In this document: in pieces, positions 43,128-50,804 of the stretch | Layout of the letters: each line of letters starts with the position of its first letter | Numbering within the stretch: the stretch's first letter is position 1 | DNA from: Nitrospirota bacterium | Lineage (GTDB): Bacteria > Nitrospirota > UBA9217 | Direction of reading: 5' to 3' | Assembly: GCA_041476485.1 (NCBI GenBank) | Contig: JBGOTO010000002.1 | Location: 1 to 50,804, forward strand | Length of the DNA: 50,804 bases | Translations under genes and position numbers: made by a program | Notes under the pieces: generated by a model | Seen by the model: the letters and a program-made list of their open reading frames with translations, nothing else | What the model was told of the DNA's origin: nothing | Database searches by the model: none

Positions 43128-43156
43128 TTGCCATATTGGTTTATCTTTGCTATATT
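43128..43156 (+). promoter_or_regulatory. Sigma70-type promoter for ribD
   Basis: TTGCCA, 17-nt spacer, TATATT, about 30 nt upstream of ATG 43186. Confidence 0.5.
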
Positions 43157-43185
43157 CACCTATCCGCGAACGGCGCGGGAAACAT

Positions 43186-44304
43186 ATGAATAATCCAGAC
43201 GAAAAATACATGCGCATGGCCCTCCGGCTTGCCGGAAAGGCCAGGGGCCGGACCAGTCCGAACCCCATGGTTGGCGCGCTGGTGGTGAAGGGCGGCAAGG
43301 TCGTCAGCCGCGGCTATCACCTGCGGGCGGGCGGGCAGCATGGGGAGGCCAGCGCGCTTACGAAGGCGGGAGCGGCCGCCAGGGGCGCCACGCTGTACGT
43401 CACCCTGGAACCCTGCTCGCACCGGGACAAACGCACGCCGCCCTGTACGCCGCTCGTGCTGCAAAGCGGGATAAAGAGGGTCGTGGTGGCGATGATCGAT
43501 CCCAACCCCCGCGTTTCGGGTAAGGGGATACGGGCCCTTCGTTCCGCCGGGATCAGCGTGACCGCCGGTCTGCTGGAAGCCGAGGCGAGGAAATTGAACG
43601 AGGTATACATCAAACACATTACGACCGGCATGCCGTTCGTCACGCTCAAGATCGCGCAGACGCTGGATGGGAAAATCGCGACGGCCGCCGGTGAATCGAA
43701 ATGGATAACGGGCGAACGGGCCAGGGAAGAGGGGCGCCGGCTCCGCGACGGCAATGATGCAATTCTTGTCGGGATCAATACGGTCCTCACTGACGATCCG
43801 TCCCTCACCACCAGGATTCCGAACGGACGCGACCCCGTCCGGGTGATCGTGGACAGCACGTTGCGGACCCCGCTGAACGCAAAAGTGATGCAACGGACCG
43901 TGCCGGGGAAAACGATCATCGCCACGCTTGCGGGCGCTCCCGTTGCTAAAATAAAACGATTGCAGGATGCCGGAGCAGAAGTCATCTTTGTCAAACCGGG
44001 CCGGGGCCGGATGGACCTCCGGGACCTCATGCGGAAGCTGGGGAAGAGGGACCTCCTGTCCGTTCTGATCGAAGGCGGGTCGGAGATCAACGCCTCCGCC
44101 CTCAAATCCGGCATTGTCGATAAAGTGGTCCTGTTCGTCGCGCCGCTTCTCTTGACCGGCAGGGACGCGCTCTGTTCGATCGGCGGCGTTTCTCCGATGA
44201 AGCTCAGTCATGCATTTAAGCTTCATGACGTTGCAACGAGGTTCGTGGGTCAGGACCTGATGATTACGGGATATACGCGAGGCAAAGCAGCGAAGGGAGC
44301 ATGA
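43186..44304 (+). CDS. ribD: Bifunctional riboflavin biosynthesis deaminase/reductase
   Basis: Deaminase zinc motifs HGEASAL and EPCSH...PPC, followed by a C-terminal RibD reductase domain (KIAQTLDGKIA...). Confidence 0.93.
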   Translation: MNNPDEKYMRMALRLAGKARGRTSPNPMVGALVVKGGKVVSRGYHLRAGGQHGEASALTKAGAAARGATLYVTLEPCSHRDKRTPPCTPLVLQSGIKRVVVAMIDPNPRVSGKGIRALRSAGISVTAGLLEAEARKLNEVYIKHITTGMPFVTLKIAQTLDGKIATAAGESKWITGERAREEGRRLRDGNDAILVGINTVLTDDPSLTTRIPNGRDPVRVIVDSTLRTPLNAKVMQRTVPGKTIIATLAGAPVAKIKRLQDAGAEVIFVKPGRGRMDLRDLMRKLGKRDLLSVLIEGGSEINASALKSGIVDKVVLFVAPLLLTGRDALCSIGGVSPMKLSHAFKLHDVATRFVGQDLMITGYTRGKAAKGA

Positions 44305-44337
44305 CGGCTTCTCCTCCGGGGACCGGATGGCCGGGGA

Positions 44338-44736
44338 TCATATACCATACATGAGATACACCAGAAGAAGAACGCCGATCGCCAACACCGAGGCAAACAG
44401 GACCACGCTCAAAACGGGTGAGGGGACATAGGTGTCATCGTCGATCTGTTGCTCCACCACCCGGCACCTGACGAACGCAAGCCCCCCGATGACAACGCCG
44501 AGCCCGACAAGGAGAATGCCTATCTTGGAGGAATAGCCGGGCGGCGAAGGGGCCATTTCCTTTCCGACGTAGAGCTCCACCTGTTTTACAAAAAGTGAAA
44601 ATTTCTCGACAACAAAGCCGAAGGCCATAATGGCGATGCTCGTCCGTATCCAGGCAAGATAGGTGCGCTCGTTGGCCATGTGGACCCGGCGATGCTGGGC
44701 GCCGCGGTGTTTGCTGCTTTCGTGCGGTTCCGCCAT
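44338..44736 (-). CDS. DUF202/YidH-family membrane protein
   Basis: ANERTYLAWIRTSIA motif and 3 TM helices. Confidence 0.75.
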   Translation of the reverse strand: MAEPHESSKHRGAQHRRVHMANERTYLAWIRTSIAIMAFGFVVEKFSLFVKQVELYVGKEMAPSPPGYSSKIGILLVGLGVVIGGLAFVRCRVVEQQIDDDTYVPSPVLSVVLFASVLAIGVLLLVYLMYGI

Positions 44737-44749
44737 GGTGTCGTTTCCC

Positions 44750-45337
44750 TCAACCTTTCATAAACGTGAGAATGCCGCTCCGCATCATCTTGACCGCAAA
44801 GGCCGCAAGGATCAACGCAAGGACCTTGGCAAAGGCCCGGGAACCGCTGATGCCGATAAGTTTGATGATCCGGTCCGTTTGCGCCAGGATGATCCAGGCG
44901 ATAAGCAGGTTTGCGATGAGCGAAAGGAATACGGCGACATAGCCGTACGTCCCCACCAGAACGAGCGTGGTCGTGAGCACGGCGGGTCCCGCGATGATCG
45001 GCGTGCCGAGCGGAACCACGCCGAATTCCCTGCTCTGCGGCAGCTTTTTTTCGCCGGCATGCAAAATATCGTTCACGGCAATCATCAGGAGAATGATGCC
45101 GCCCGCGATCATGAAGTCCTCCACCAGGATCCCGAGGGTACGGAAGATCGCCTCTCCCAGGAGGACAAACCCCACGGTCACGACAAATGCCGTGGCGATC
45201 GACTGGCGGACGACCCTGGTCCGGACCTGCTTTTTCATCCCCTCCGTCATGCCCACGAAAAGCGAGAGCGTCCCCGGTGCATCGAGAGCGACCATAATGG
45301 GTATGAAACAGAGTAAAAACGGTTTTATAAAGTCCAT
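44750..45337 (-). CDS. MarC-family (UPF0056) membrane protein
   Basis: 195 aa, 6 TM helices, with N-terminal FIPIMVALDAPGTLSLFVGMT typical of the family. Confidence 0.8.
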   Translation of the reverse strand: MDFIKPFLLCFIPIMVALDAPGTLSLFVGMTEGMKKQVRTRVVRQSIATAFVVTVGFVLLGEAIFRTLGILVEDFMIAGGIILLMIAVNDILHAGEKKLPQSREFGVVPLGTPIIAGPAVLTTTLVLVGTYGYVAVFLSLIANLLIAWIILAQTDRIIKLIGISGSRAFAKVLALILAAFAVKMMRSGILTFMKG

Positions 45338-45585
45338 GCTTTTTCACTCTCTCCGACAAAAGTATAGCCCATATTCGTACGACTGTCCAGCCCGCGCAAT
45401 TATGCGTCACGCACAAAAGATGTTCATACGTGGTATACTTACGACAGATAGGAAAGCGTGGCAGGCGACATATGAAAACGGCAGGGAAAGTTGCGCTGAT
45501 GTGTCTTTTGTGCATAGGAATAATCACCGGGATTGTTTACCTCGTAAAATGGCTCTGGTAATAATACTATAAGGAGGCGAGTTCC

Positions 45586-45798
45586 ATGAACATTGAAAAG
45601 AACATGGGTAAGGTTGACAGGATCATTCGGGCCACTCTGGCGGTCGTTATTGCGATTCTCTATTTTACGGGTTCGATCAGCGGCACGGTTGCATCTGTCC
45701 TCGGCGTCTTTGCCGTGGTCCTGCTGCTGACAAGCTCCACAGGCGTCTGCCCGGGTTATATGCCGTTCGGCATTTCGACTATGGAGAAAAAAAAGTAG
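45586..45798 (+). CDS. DUF2892 (YgaP-like) small membrane protein
   Basis: AAGGAGG RBS. DRIIRATLAVV...two TM helices...GVCPGY motif. Confidence 0.75.
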   Translation: MNIEKNMGKVDRIIRATLAVVIAILYFTGSISGTVASVLGVFAVVLLLTSSTGVCPGYMPFGISTMEKKK

Positions 45799-45818
45799 AA
45801 GGATATACTTCCGCAAGG

Positions 45819-45852
45819 GCCGTCCCTCACCACGGGGACGGCTCTTTCTTTG
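45819..45852 (+). terminator. Intrinsic terminator
   Basis: GCCGTCCC, loop, GGGACGGC, followed by TCTTTCTTTGTT. Confidence 0.55.
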
Positions 45853-46015
45853 TTCATGGCCGGAGAACTCCTGTCCCGGTCTGTTATCTCCGGCATTGGA
45901 ACGGGGAAAGAACTATAGGCTTTATCTATGAATCACCGTTGATTTGATAGACAGAAGCAATTTGACTGATTGTCCGTACGAATGGTATTCTAATCACAGC
46001 TGAGAGGTGATGATC

Positions 46016-47068
46016 ATGGCTGAAGGCAAGAACAGCAAAGAGAAAATCAAACTTACTTCATTGTCCCACGGCGCGGGCTGAGCCTGCAAGCTCGGTCCAA
46101 AGGTATTGGACCAGATACTCAAGTCGTTGCCCGCGGTCGTCGATCCCCGCGTGCTCGCGGGGACCGAGGACGACGCCGGCGTCTACCAGATTGCCGACGA
46201 CCTTGCCCTGGTCCAGACCGTGGACTTCTTCACGCCCATCGTCGACGATCCCTATGACTTCGGCTCCATCGCCGCGGCGAATGCGCTGTCCGATATTTAC
46301 GCCATGGGTGCCAGGCCGCTCACGGCGCTGAACCTTGTGGCCTATCCGAAGGACGGCCCTCTGGAGGTATTGGCAGAGATCATGCGCGGCGGGGCGGAAA
46401 AGGCTCAGGAAGCCGGGGTGAGCATCATCGGCGGCCACTCGATCGACGACAAAGAGCCGAAGTACGGCATGGCCGTGACCGGCACGGTGCATCCCGACAA
46501 GATCGTCCCGAAGGGCGGCGCCAAGGCCGGGGACCGGCTCGTTTTGACCAAGCCGCTCGGCACGGGCATCATTTCTACCGCAATCAAGGTCGGGCGGGCG
46601 TCGGAGGAAATAATCGCGACGGCGACCAGGCACATGAAGACCCTGAACAAGCTTGCGGCAGAAGCCATGCTCGAAGCAGGGGCCAAGGGCGCGACGGACG
46701 TCACCGGGTTCGGCCTGCTCGGCCATTTGCACGAAATGCTTCATCGAAGCTGCGCCGACGCCCGCATACTCCTGTCGAACGTGCCCGTTCTTCCTGGCGT
46801 CCGTGATTTGGTAAAGCTGAGCGTCCCCGGCGGCACTCGCGCGAACCTCGCGTACGTGGGCGAAAAGGTCGAGTGGGCATCGGGCATCACTGAGGATGAA
46901 AAATTGATTCTCGCCGACGCCCAGACCTCGGGAGGGCTCTTGATCGCCGTTTCTCCGGCCAAGCTCGATGTGCTGCTTGCCGGGCTTGCCAAGCGGGGCG
47001 TGGAGACCAGGGCGGTGATCGGAGAAGTCATCGAGGGAGAAGCGGGAATGATCTTCGTCGAGAAATGA
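46016..47068 (+). CDS. selD: Selenide, water dikinase (selenophosphate synthetase), Sec-containing (TGA at 46079-46081 read as Sec)
   Basis: Reading from ATG 46016 (GAGAGG RBS) through the TGA gives MAEGKNSKEKIKLTSLSHGAG-U-ACKLGPKVLDQIL. This aligns with E. coli [23 protein letters not shown], with Sec at the Cys17 position. The remainder is the track ORF 46106-47068. Confidence 0.9.
46094..46112 (+). promoter_or_regulatory. Bacterial SECIS-like hairpin downstream of the selD UGA
   Basis: GGTCCAA-AGGTA-TTGGACC has a 7-bp stem and a GGU-containing apical loop. It starts 12 nt after the UGA codon. Confidence 0.65.
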
Positions 47069-47124
47069 TAATAAAATCCTGACTTCCTGCGAATTCATCA
47101 ATAAAGTGCAAAGGAGAGTTGCGT

Positions 47125-48141
47125 ATGCGTTTCGGAAGGATTGTGTTGCTCGTTGCGTTGTTCTGCTGCCTCGTAGGGGCGGCGCCGTTGTTTGCCAAGG
47201 AACGGAAGGGCCAGATAACGATTAAAGTGGACCTGAAATCTCCTGTTGACGCCAAAGACGTGAAGCTCTGGATTCCCTATCCCGTGTCAGACGGGAACCA
47301 GGACATAACGGATGTCGCGATCAAGGGAAACTACTCGCAGGCAGGCGTGTACCGGGAACCGAAATCCGGCAACTCCGTGCTCTATGCGGAGTGGAAAGGG
47401 CCCACACGGGAGAGGAAGCTTGTTTACACGTTCCAGGTCACGAGGAGGGAGCAGGTAACCACGGAGTTCCCGGAGAAGGAGCTCGCATTTTCGCCGGGAG
47501 AGTTCAAACCCTATCTTGAAGAATCTCCGTCGCTGCCACTCACCCCGAAGATCAGGGAGCGGGCTCTTGCCGTTACCAAAGGGAAAAAGACCGTGCTCGC
47601 GCGGGCGCGCGCGCTGTACGACTGGATCGTGGAAAACATGTATCGCGACCCGAACGTGAAAGGGTGCGGGCTCGGCGAAGTGGAGCGGCTGCTCGAAACC
47701 GGCGGCGGCAAGTGCGCGGACATCCATTCTGTTTTCGTCGCCCTTGCCCGGGCAACGGGAATCCCGGCGCGGGAGGCCTTCGGCATCCGGATGCCGAAAG
47801 GCAGGGAAGGGGACATGACGAAATCGCAGCACTGCTGGGCGGAGTTCTATCTGCCGGGGAAGGGCTGGGTGGTCGTGGACCCCGCGGACGTGCGGAAGTA
47901 CATTCTTGAGCAGCAGTGCGACCTGGCGAAGGCGAAGCCCGTCCGCGAATATTACTTCGGAACGGTGGATGAGAGCCGGATCGCGTTCGGGACTGGGCGG
48001 GACATTATCCTGAACCCGCCTCAGAGCGGAGGGCCCCTGAACTATTTCATGTACCCCTACGCCGAGGCGGACGGCAAACCGATCAATGAAGACCTGTACG
48101 GGTTCAATATCGGGTACAAGATCAGCTTCAAAGAATTGTAA
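47125..48141 (+). CDS. Secreted transglutaminase-like protein
   Basis: Signal peptide MRFGRIVLLVALFCCLVGAAPLFA and core GGGKCADIHSVFVALARATGIPAR...QHCWAEFYLPGKGWVVVDPAD. GGAG lies 8 nt upstream of ATG 47125. Confidence 0.85.
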   Translation: MRFGRIVLLVALFCCLVGAAPLFAKERKGQITIKVDLKSPVDAKDVKLWIPYPVSDGNQDITDVAIKGNYSQAGVYREPKSGNSVLYAEWKGPTRERKLVYTFQVTRREQVTTEFPEKELAFSPGEFKPYLEESPSLPLTPKIRERALAVTKGKKTVLARARALYDWIVENMYRDPNVKGCGLGEVERLLETGGGKCADIHSVFVALARATGIPAREAFGIRMPKGREGDMTKSQHCWAEFYLPGKGWVVVDPADVRKYILEQQCDLAKAKPVREYYFGTVDESRIAFGTGRDIILNPPQSGGPLNYFMYPYAEADGKPINEDLYGFNIGYKISFKEL

Positions 48142-48143
48142 GT

Positions 48144-48240
48144 GAGGGACATGGAGCTGGGCTCCTCCTGGTCTGCAAAACCAGCGACACGTCACGGATT
48201 CTTCCGGTGTGGTGGGTTCGATTCCCACTGCCCCTCTCCA
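48144..48240 (+). tRNA. Non-canonical tRNA, anticodon GCA (Cys), 8-bp acceptor stem, long variable arm, U73, encoded CCA (tRNASec-shaped tRNACys)
   Basis: Manual fold. Acceptor GAGGGACA/TGCCCCTC (one A.C mismatch). D arm GGAGC-tgg-GCTCC. Anticodon arm CTGGT-CTGCAAA-ACCAG. About 27-nt variable arm. T arm GTGGG-TTCGATT-CCCAC directly abuts the 8-nt acceptor 3' strand. Then T and CCA. Confidence 0.7.
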
Positions 48241-48325
48241 GAATAACTTTCTGAAAAGAATTTTTCTCGCTAAGCGCGCAAAGGACGCAAGGGGAACCTT
48301 GAGTCAAAATCCTTTCTGGTTTTAC

Positions 48326-49078
48326 TTACAGGTCTTTGGCGGTTTTCTGCTTGAGTTTTTTGTTTTGATGGTTGGACGGGTTGTCCGTGAGCATGAGCAC
48401 CCCATCCTCGCCGTGGCCGATGTAGATGGTGTAGCGGGGAGTGAACGTGGTGCCCTTCCCGTTATAGATCGAGAGGATTCTCTTCACATACTGCTGCGTT
48501 TCCCTGATCGGCGGCACTGTGCCCCAGCGCTTTACCGTGGTTTCTCCGGAATTGTACGCCGCGAGCGCGAGCGAAAGGTTCCCTTCATACCGGTCCATGA
48601 GGTACCGGAGGTAGCGCACGCCGCCGGCGATGTTTTCGTGCGGGTTGAAGGAGTTCTTGACGTTCATCTCCACGGCCGTCTGCGGCATGAGCTGCATCAG
48701 CCCCATGGCACCCTTCCGGGAGAGGGCATAGGGGTTGAAATCGGATTCCACCTTGATGATCGCGCGCACCAGGGCCGGATCCACGCCGTGCCGGTCGCAG
48801 GCGGCGCTGATGCTGTCCAGGTAGGCGCTCGGCATGTTCGAAGATGCTGTCTGCGTCGCCCCGCGGGGAGTTTGCGAAGAAGACCCGGTTGATTGTTTTT
48901 CCTTCGGTTCCGGCTTGACCTTATATTTTTTGCTGCTGCCGACGCCGACGTTGCTGAAATGGACCACGCCGTTTTCGTCCGTGTACTGATAGATGTCGGC
49001 TGCGACGCGGCTCGGCTGGAGGGATAAGGACAGGAAAGCGGCAATTGTCAGAACTAACGTTTTTTCTCGTTTTGTCAA
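48326..49078 (-). CDS. Lytic transglycosylase (SLT domain) with N-terminal DUF4124-like module
   Basis: VESDFNPYALSRKGAMGLMQLMP and AAYNSGE motifs. A likely TTG start at 49078 follows GAGG. The track ATG at 49135 is the alternative. Confidence 0.85.
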   Translation of the reverse strand: MTKREKTLVLTIAAFLSLSLQPSRVAADIYQYTDENGVVHFSNVGVGSSKKYKVKPEPKEKQSTGSSSQTPRGATQTASSNMPSAYLDSISAACDRHGVDPALVRAIIKVESDFNPYALSRKGAMGLMQLMPQTAVEMNVKNSFNPHENIAGGVRYLRYLMDRYEGNLSLALAAYNSGETTVKRWGTVPPIRETQQYVKRILSIYNGKGTTFTPRYTIYIGHGEDGVLMLTDNPSNHQNKKLKQKTAKDL

Positions 49079-49284
49079 ACAAACCTCGCGCTCAAGAGTG
49101 GAACCAAACAAATTATTGCTTACATTATAAGGCAAAAAAAGCGGTTTTGCAACGAAATAGTGGTTTCGTCCTTTGCCGCGAGCTGCTTCGGCACGGCGTC
49201 AGCGGAGATCAATCAGTACGTTCGTTGACGCGAAATCGGCCGGGATGCTTTTTAAGGAACCGGAACATCCGTCCCATAATTATC

Positions 49285-49313
49285 TTGACATCGGGGCGGT
49301 TGTGATTTACTAT
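49285..49313 (+). promoter_or_regulatory. Sigma70 promoter for the initiator tRNA
   Basis: TTGACA, 17-nt spacer, TACTAT, ending 10 nt before the mature tRNA 5' end. Confidence 0.6.
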
Positions 49314-49323
49314 GCACACTCAT

Positions 49324-49400
<77 letters not shown>

Positions 49401-49410
49401 AACTTATAAA

Positions 49411-49442
49411 GGGGTTACAGCACATGCTGTAACCCCTTTTTC
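49411..49442 (+). terminator. Intrinsic terminator after tRNA-fMet
   Basis: GGGGTTACAGC-acat-GCTGTAACCCC followed by TTTTT. Confidence 0.85.
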
Positions 49443-49496
49443 TTTCGAGCATTTTACCAAGACGCGACCAGTGGCGCATATGCTTTCGCTTCGCCG

Positions 49497-50075
49497 ATGG
49501 CGCCGCGTACTCTATCTCTACCCATGACCCCAATCACGAAAGCCACGAAGGCCCAGCTTCTCGAAGCATACGGGAAACCTGTCCCGGACGTCATTGCTCC
49601 CCGGCTGAGGGTGCTGTTCGTGGGCATCAATCCCGGTCTGTATTCCGGGGCCGTAGGACATCATTTCGCCCGTCCGGGAAACCGGTTCTGGCCCGTGCTG
49701 CAGAAGGCGGGGTTCACCGCGCAACAGCTTTCGCCTTTTGAGGAGCGGCTTTTGCTGAAGCACGGGTATGGCATTACGAACATCGTGAACAGATCCACCG
49801 CGGCGGCAACCGAGCTTGATCAACAGGAACTGGAAGCAGGGGGAAAACGCTTGAAAGCGAAGATCAGGCGCACTCGTCCCCGCGTGGTGGCAATTCTCGG
49901 CATCCAGGCCTTCCGCATCGCCTTTGGAAAGCCGAAAGCCGGCTTCGGCCTTCAAGAGGAGCGCATCGGCTTGTCACGGGTTTGGGTCCTGCCGAACCCC
50001 AGCGGTTTGAACGCACGCTATCAGCTCCCGGCCCTCAGCAGGATGTTTCGAAAGGTCCGCATCGCAGCGGAGTGA
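49497..50075 (+). CDS. mug: G:T/U mismatch-specific DNA glycosylase (Mug/UDG family 2)
   Basis: VGINPGLYS, HFARPGNRFW and LPNPSGLN motifs. The start may be ATG 49524. Confidence 0.85.
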   Translation: MAPRTLSLPMTPITKATKAQLLEAYGKPVPDVIAPRLRVLFVGINPGLYSGAVGHHFARPGNRFWPVLQKAGFTAQQLSPFEERLLLKHGYGITNIVNRSTAAATELDQQELEAGGKRLKAKIRRTRPRVVAILGIQAFRIAFGKPKAGFGLQEERIGLSRVWVLPNPSGLNARYQLPALSRMFRKVRIAAE

Positions 50076-50091
50076 CCCTATCTTCTGAACA

Positions 50092-50108
50092 TTCCGCAAT
50101 CCGCATTT
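50092..50108. repeat. ATGCGGA/TTGCGGA-type short repeat (reverse-oriented copy)
   Basis: attccgcaatccgcatt; its reverse complement aatgcggattgcggaat matches 38409-38423. Confidence 0.45.
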
Positions 50109-50191
50109 GGCTACCGTTTTCCCCTTTCCTTTAGTACACTATTATGGTATATTATTAGTACCAAATTATGTACTGAAAGGAGTGCTTCGCT

Positions 50192-50455
50192 ATGAACGCA
50201 ATCGCGGCACAGGAGATCAAAAGAAAAGGGATTTCGGCGGTGGATGAGGCCCTGAAGGAAGGCCCGGTCCACGTGATCAAGAACAATCAACCCCAGTATG
50301 TCGTGCTTTCCGAGGAACGGTATCGCGATCTGATCGATTCAGAAGGCGAGGCCTACAGCGCCCGTCTGCGCGCGTCGCTGGAAGACGTTAAGGCAGGGAG
50401 AGTCAAGCGCGGAACTGCAAAGGACCTGATCAAGGAATTGGGGCTGGAAGAGTAA
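50192..50455 (+). CDS. Type II antitoxin, Phd/YefM-like
   Basis: 87 aa. GPVHVIKNNQPQYVVLSEERYRDL is typical of the Phd/YefM N-domain. AAGGAG RBS. It lies 3 nt upstream of the toxin gene. Confidence 0.75.
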   Translation: MNAIAAQEIKRKGISAVDEALKEGPVHVIKNNQPQYVVLSEERYRDLIDSEGEAYSARLRASLEDVKAGRVKRGTAKDLIKELGLEE

Positions 50456-50458
50456 GGC

Positions 50459-50734
50459 ATGTACACGCTCAAATGGACAGCCCACTTCACGCGGAGCGCG
50501 AAGAAGTTTACCAAACGCCATCCTGAACTCAAGAAGAAAATCGCCACTATCCTTCGCGATCTGGAAAAAGATCCTTTTCAGCCCCATCTCGAATACCACC
50601 AGCTCGGCGGCAGGCAAACCGGGGTCCAGGCAGTCAGCATTACCGGTAGCTATCGGATTACCATGACCGTCATAATCACGAAAAAAGAAATAATCCTGCT
50701 CGATATCGGAAGCCATGATGAAGTGTACAAGTAA
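50459..50734 (+). CDS. Type II toxin, RelE/ParE superfamily
   Basis: 91 aa. The pattern FTRSAKKFTKRHPELKKKI...DPFQP...H.L.G...G.....I...YRI...I....I.LL.IG.H..VY is typical of RelE/StbE-like toxins. Confidence 0.75.
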   Translation: MYTLKWTAHFTRSAKKFTKRHPELKKKIATILRDLEKDPFQPHLEYHQLGGRQTGVQAVSITGSYRITMTVIITKKEIILLDIGSHDEVYK

Positions 50735-50804
50735 GGCACTGATCCACCTCATTTCCCCGTGAAAAAGAGCCTTACGATTCTCCCCAAAAGGGTTATCCCC
50801 AGGA

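Noticed and set aside
42971-43185. Possible FMN (RFN) riboswitch upstream of ribD.
   Set aside because: A good sigma70 promoter (43128-43156) leaves only about a 25-nt leader. I see none of the conserved RFN core segments in the 215-nt spacer.
45472-45561. 29-aa hydrophobic mini-ORF (MKTAGKVALMCLLCIGIITGIVYLVKWLW) just upstream of the DUF2892 gene.
   Set aside because: It is plausible as a small membrane peptide, but it has only a weak RBS and no conservation evidence is available. It is too short to call from sequence alone.
48209-48892. 227-aa plus-strand ORF overlapping the atypical tRNA and the lytic transglycosylase gene.
   Set aside because: Its 5' end is the tRNA T-arm and acceptor sequence, and the rest is antisense to an SLT-domain gene with clear motifs. 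It is a shadow ORF.
48276-49185. CAAAGGACG-containing sequences in inverted orientation flanking the lytic transglycosylase gene (48279-48292 and 49163-49180).
   Set aside because: The shared core is only about 9-11 nt. Hundreds of such matches are expected by chance in 50 kb, so this is not evidence for a mobile cassette.

Overview
This is a 50.8-kb chromosomal segment, moderately GC-rich by eye, from a diderm bacterium (it has lptFG, lnt and OMP-like genes). Gene content suggests an anaerobic Desulfobacterota- or Nitrospirota-like lineage, but that is inference. I support about 56 protein genes, 2 tRNA genes, several near-consensus promoters and terminators, and four families of short dispersed repeats. 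No transposase, integrase, CRISPR array or rRNA was seen. Most of the window is housekeeping: queC, coaE, lptFG, smc, tatA, kup, rmuC, nadA, era, recO, lnt, ribD and a Mug-type glycosylase. Six observations stand out. (1) selD is a selenoprotein gene. An in-frame TGA at 46079 and a SECIS-like hairpin follow it, and the ORF track truncates the gene at that codon. About 1.1 kb downstream lies a 97-nt non-canonical tRNA with an 8-bp acceptor stem, a long variable arm, a Cys GCA anticodon, U73 and an encoded CCA, so it looks like a tRNASec-shaped tRNACys. (2) A soluble PRC/MgtE-N/CBS sensor-type protein sits next to an Nramp whose transition-metal site is replaced (DPGN to DAGG, MPH to TPW). (3) Two adjacent Hfq-like genes carry three Sm domains in total. 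One gene is a tandem-Sm fusion with an apparently leaderless promoter, and the pair is coupled to lnt and lies downstream of a PilZ gene. (4) Two overlapping paralogous exported Gly/Ala/Val/Thr-rich proteins of unknown family are followed by a sigma54-driven OMP-like gene. (5) A minimal nucleotidyltransferase has an ATGA-overlapped 59-aa partner ORF that falls below the ORF-track cutoff. (6) A small redox locus combines a cysteine-free Crp/Fnr regulator, a CxxC mini-protein, a Cys4 mini-protein and a fragment resembling heme-copper oxidase subunit I. All calls come from reading the sequence and translations by eye. No database search or folding program was run.
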